Below, piece by piece: positions 63,833 through 64,000 of a stretch of DNA of 64,000 bases; within the stretch, counting starts at the first letter, position 1, and every line of letters starts with the position of its first letter. The notes under the pieces were generated by a model. It searched no databases and had not been told where the DNA came from. It was given only the letters and a program-made list of their open reading frames with translations. A program made the translations under genes and the position numbers. The DNA comes from Anolis carolinensis (Eukaryota). Location of the stretch: contig NW_026943820.1 of NCBI RefSeq assembly GCF_035594765.1, forward strand, positions 17,616,647 to 17,680,646, written 5' to 3'.

Positions 63833-64000
63833 AATGTCGAAGGCTTTCACGGCCAGAATCACTGGCATGTTATATGGTTTCCGGGCTGTACGGCCATGTT
63901 CTAGTAGCATTTTTCCTGTCTTTTCATCTGCAAATGCAGGCGAAAAATCAGAATAAAATGCTGCTAGAACACAGCCATACAACTCGGTAAACACACATTA
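63833..64000. mobile_element. Palindromic Penelope terminus
   Basis: Homologous to other copies, inverted arms. Confidence 0.75.

Noticed and set aside
56563-64000. DPY19L3 exon 17 (expected AVFAGSMQLLAGVKLCTGR)
   Set aside because: Not found by eye. It presumably lies downstream of the window.

Overview
This is vertebrate genomic DNA from a squamate, most likely an Anolis lizard, judged from the Sauria SINEs and the mix of Penelope, L2, CR1 and MITE repeats. It contains two + strand genes in the same order as at human 19q13. The first is a complete ZNF507 (C2H2 zinc-finger gene): CpG promoter at about 12.1 kb, six coding exons at 14172-25458 giving about 967 aa, and a TE-free 3'UTR to about 28975. 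The second is a 3'-truncated DPY19L3 (C-mannosyltransferase): GC-rich promoter at about 30.9 kb and 15 coding exons at 35132-56562, with the last exons outside the window. Introns and intergenic DNA are dense with TEs: Sauria and other SINEs, CR1/L2/L1/R4-Dong LINE fragments, Penelope-like elements, two solo LTRs, a non-autonomous Helitron and several MITE families, often nested 2-3 deep. There is one 128-N assembly gap. Most notable observations: palindromic Penelope remnants carrying back-to-back minimal hammerhead ribozymes; a frame-preserving extra zinc-finger exon in ZNF507 that I do not recall in the human protein; a CR1-3'-end tandem array just inside ZNF507 intron 1; a Helitron carrying pieces of other TEs; and a ~0.55 kb direct duplication bracketing DPY19L3 exon 16. 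I found no clearly new biological system. Gene and TE family names rest on recalled sequence similarity, not database searches.
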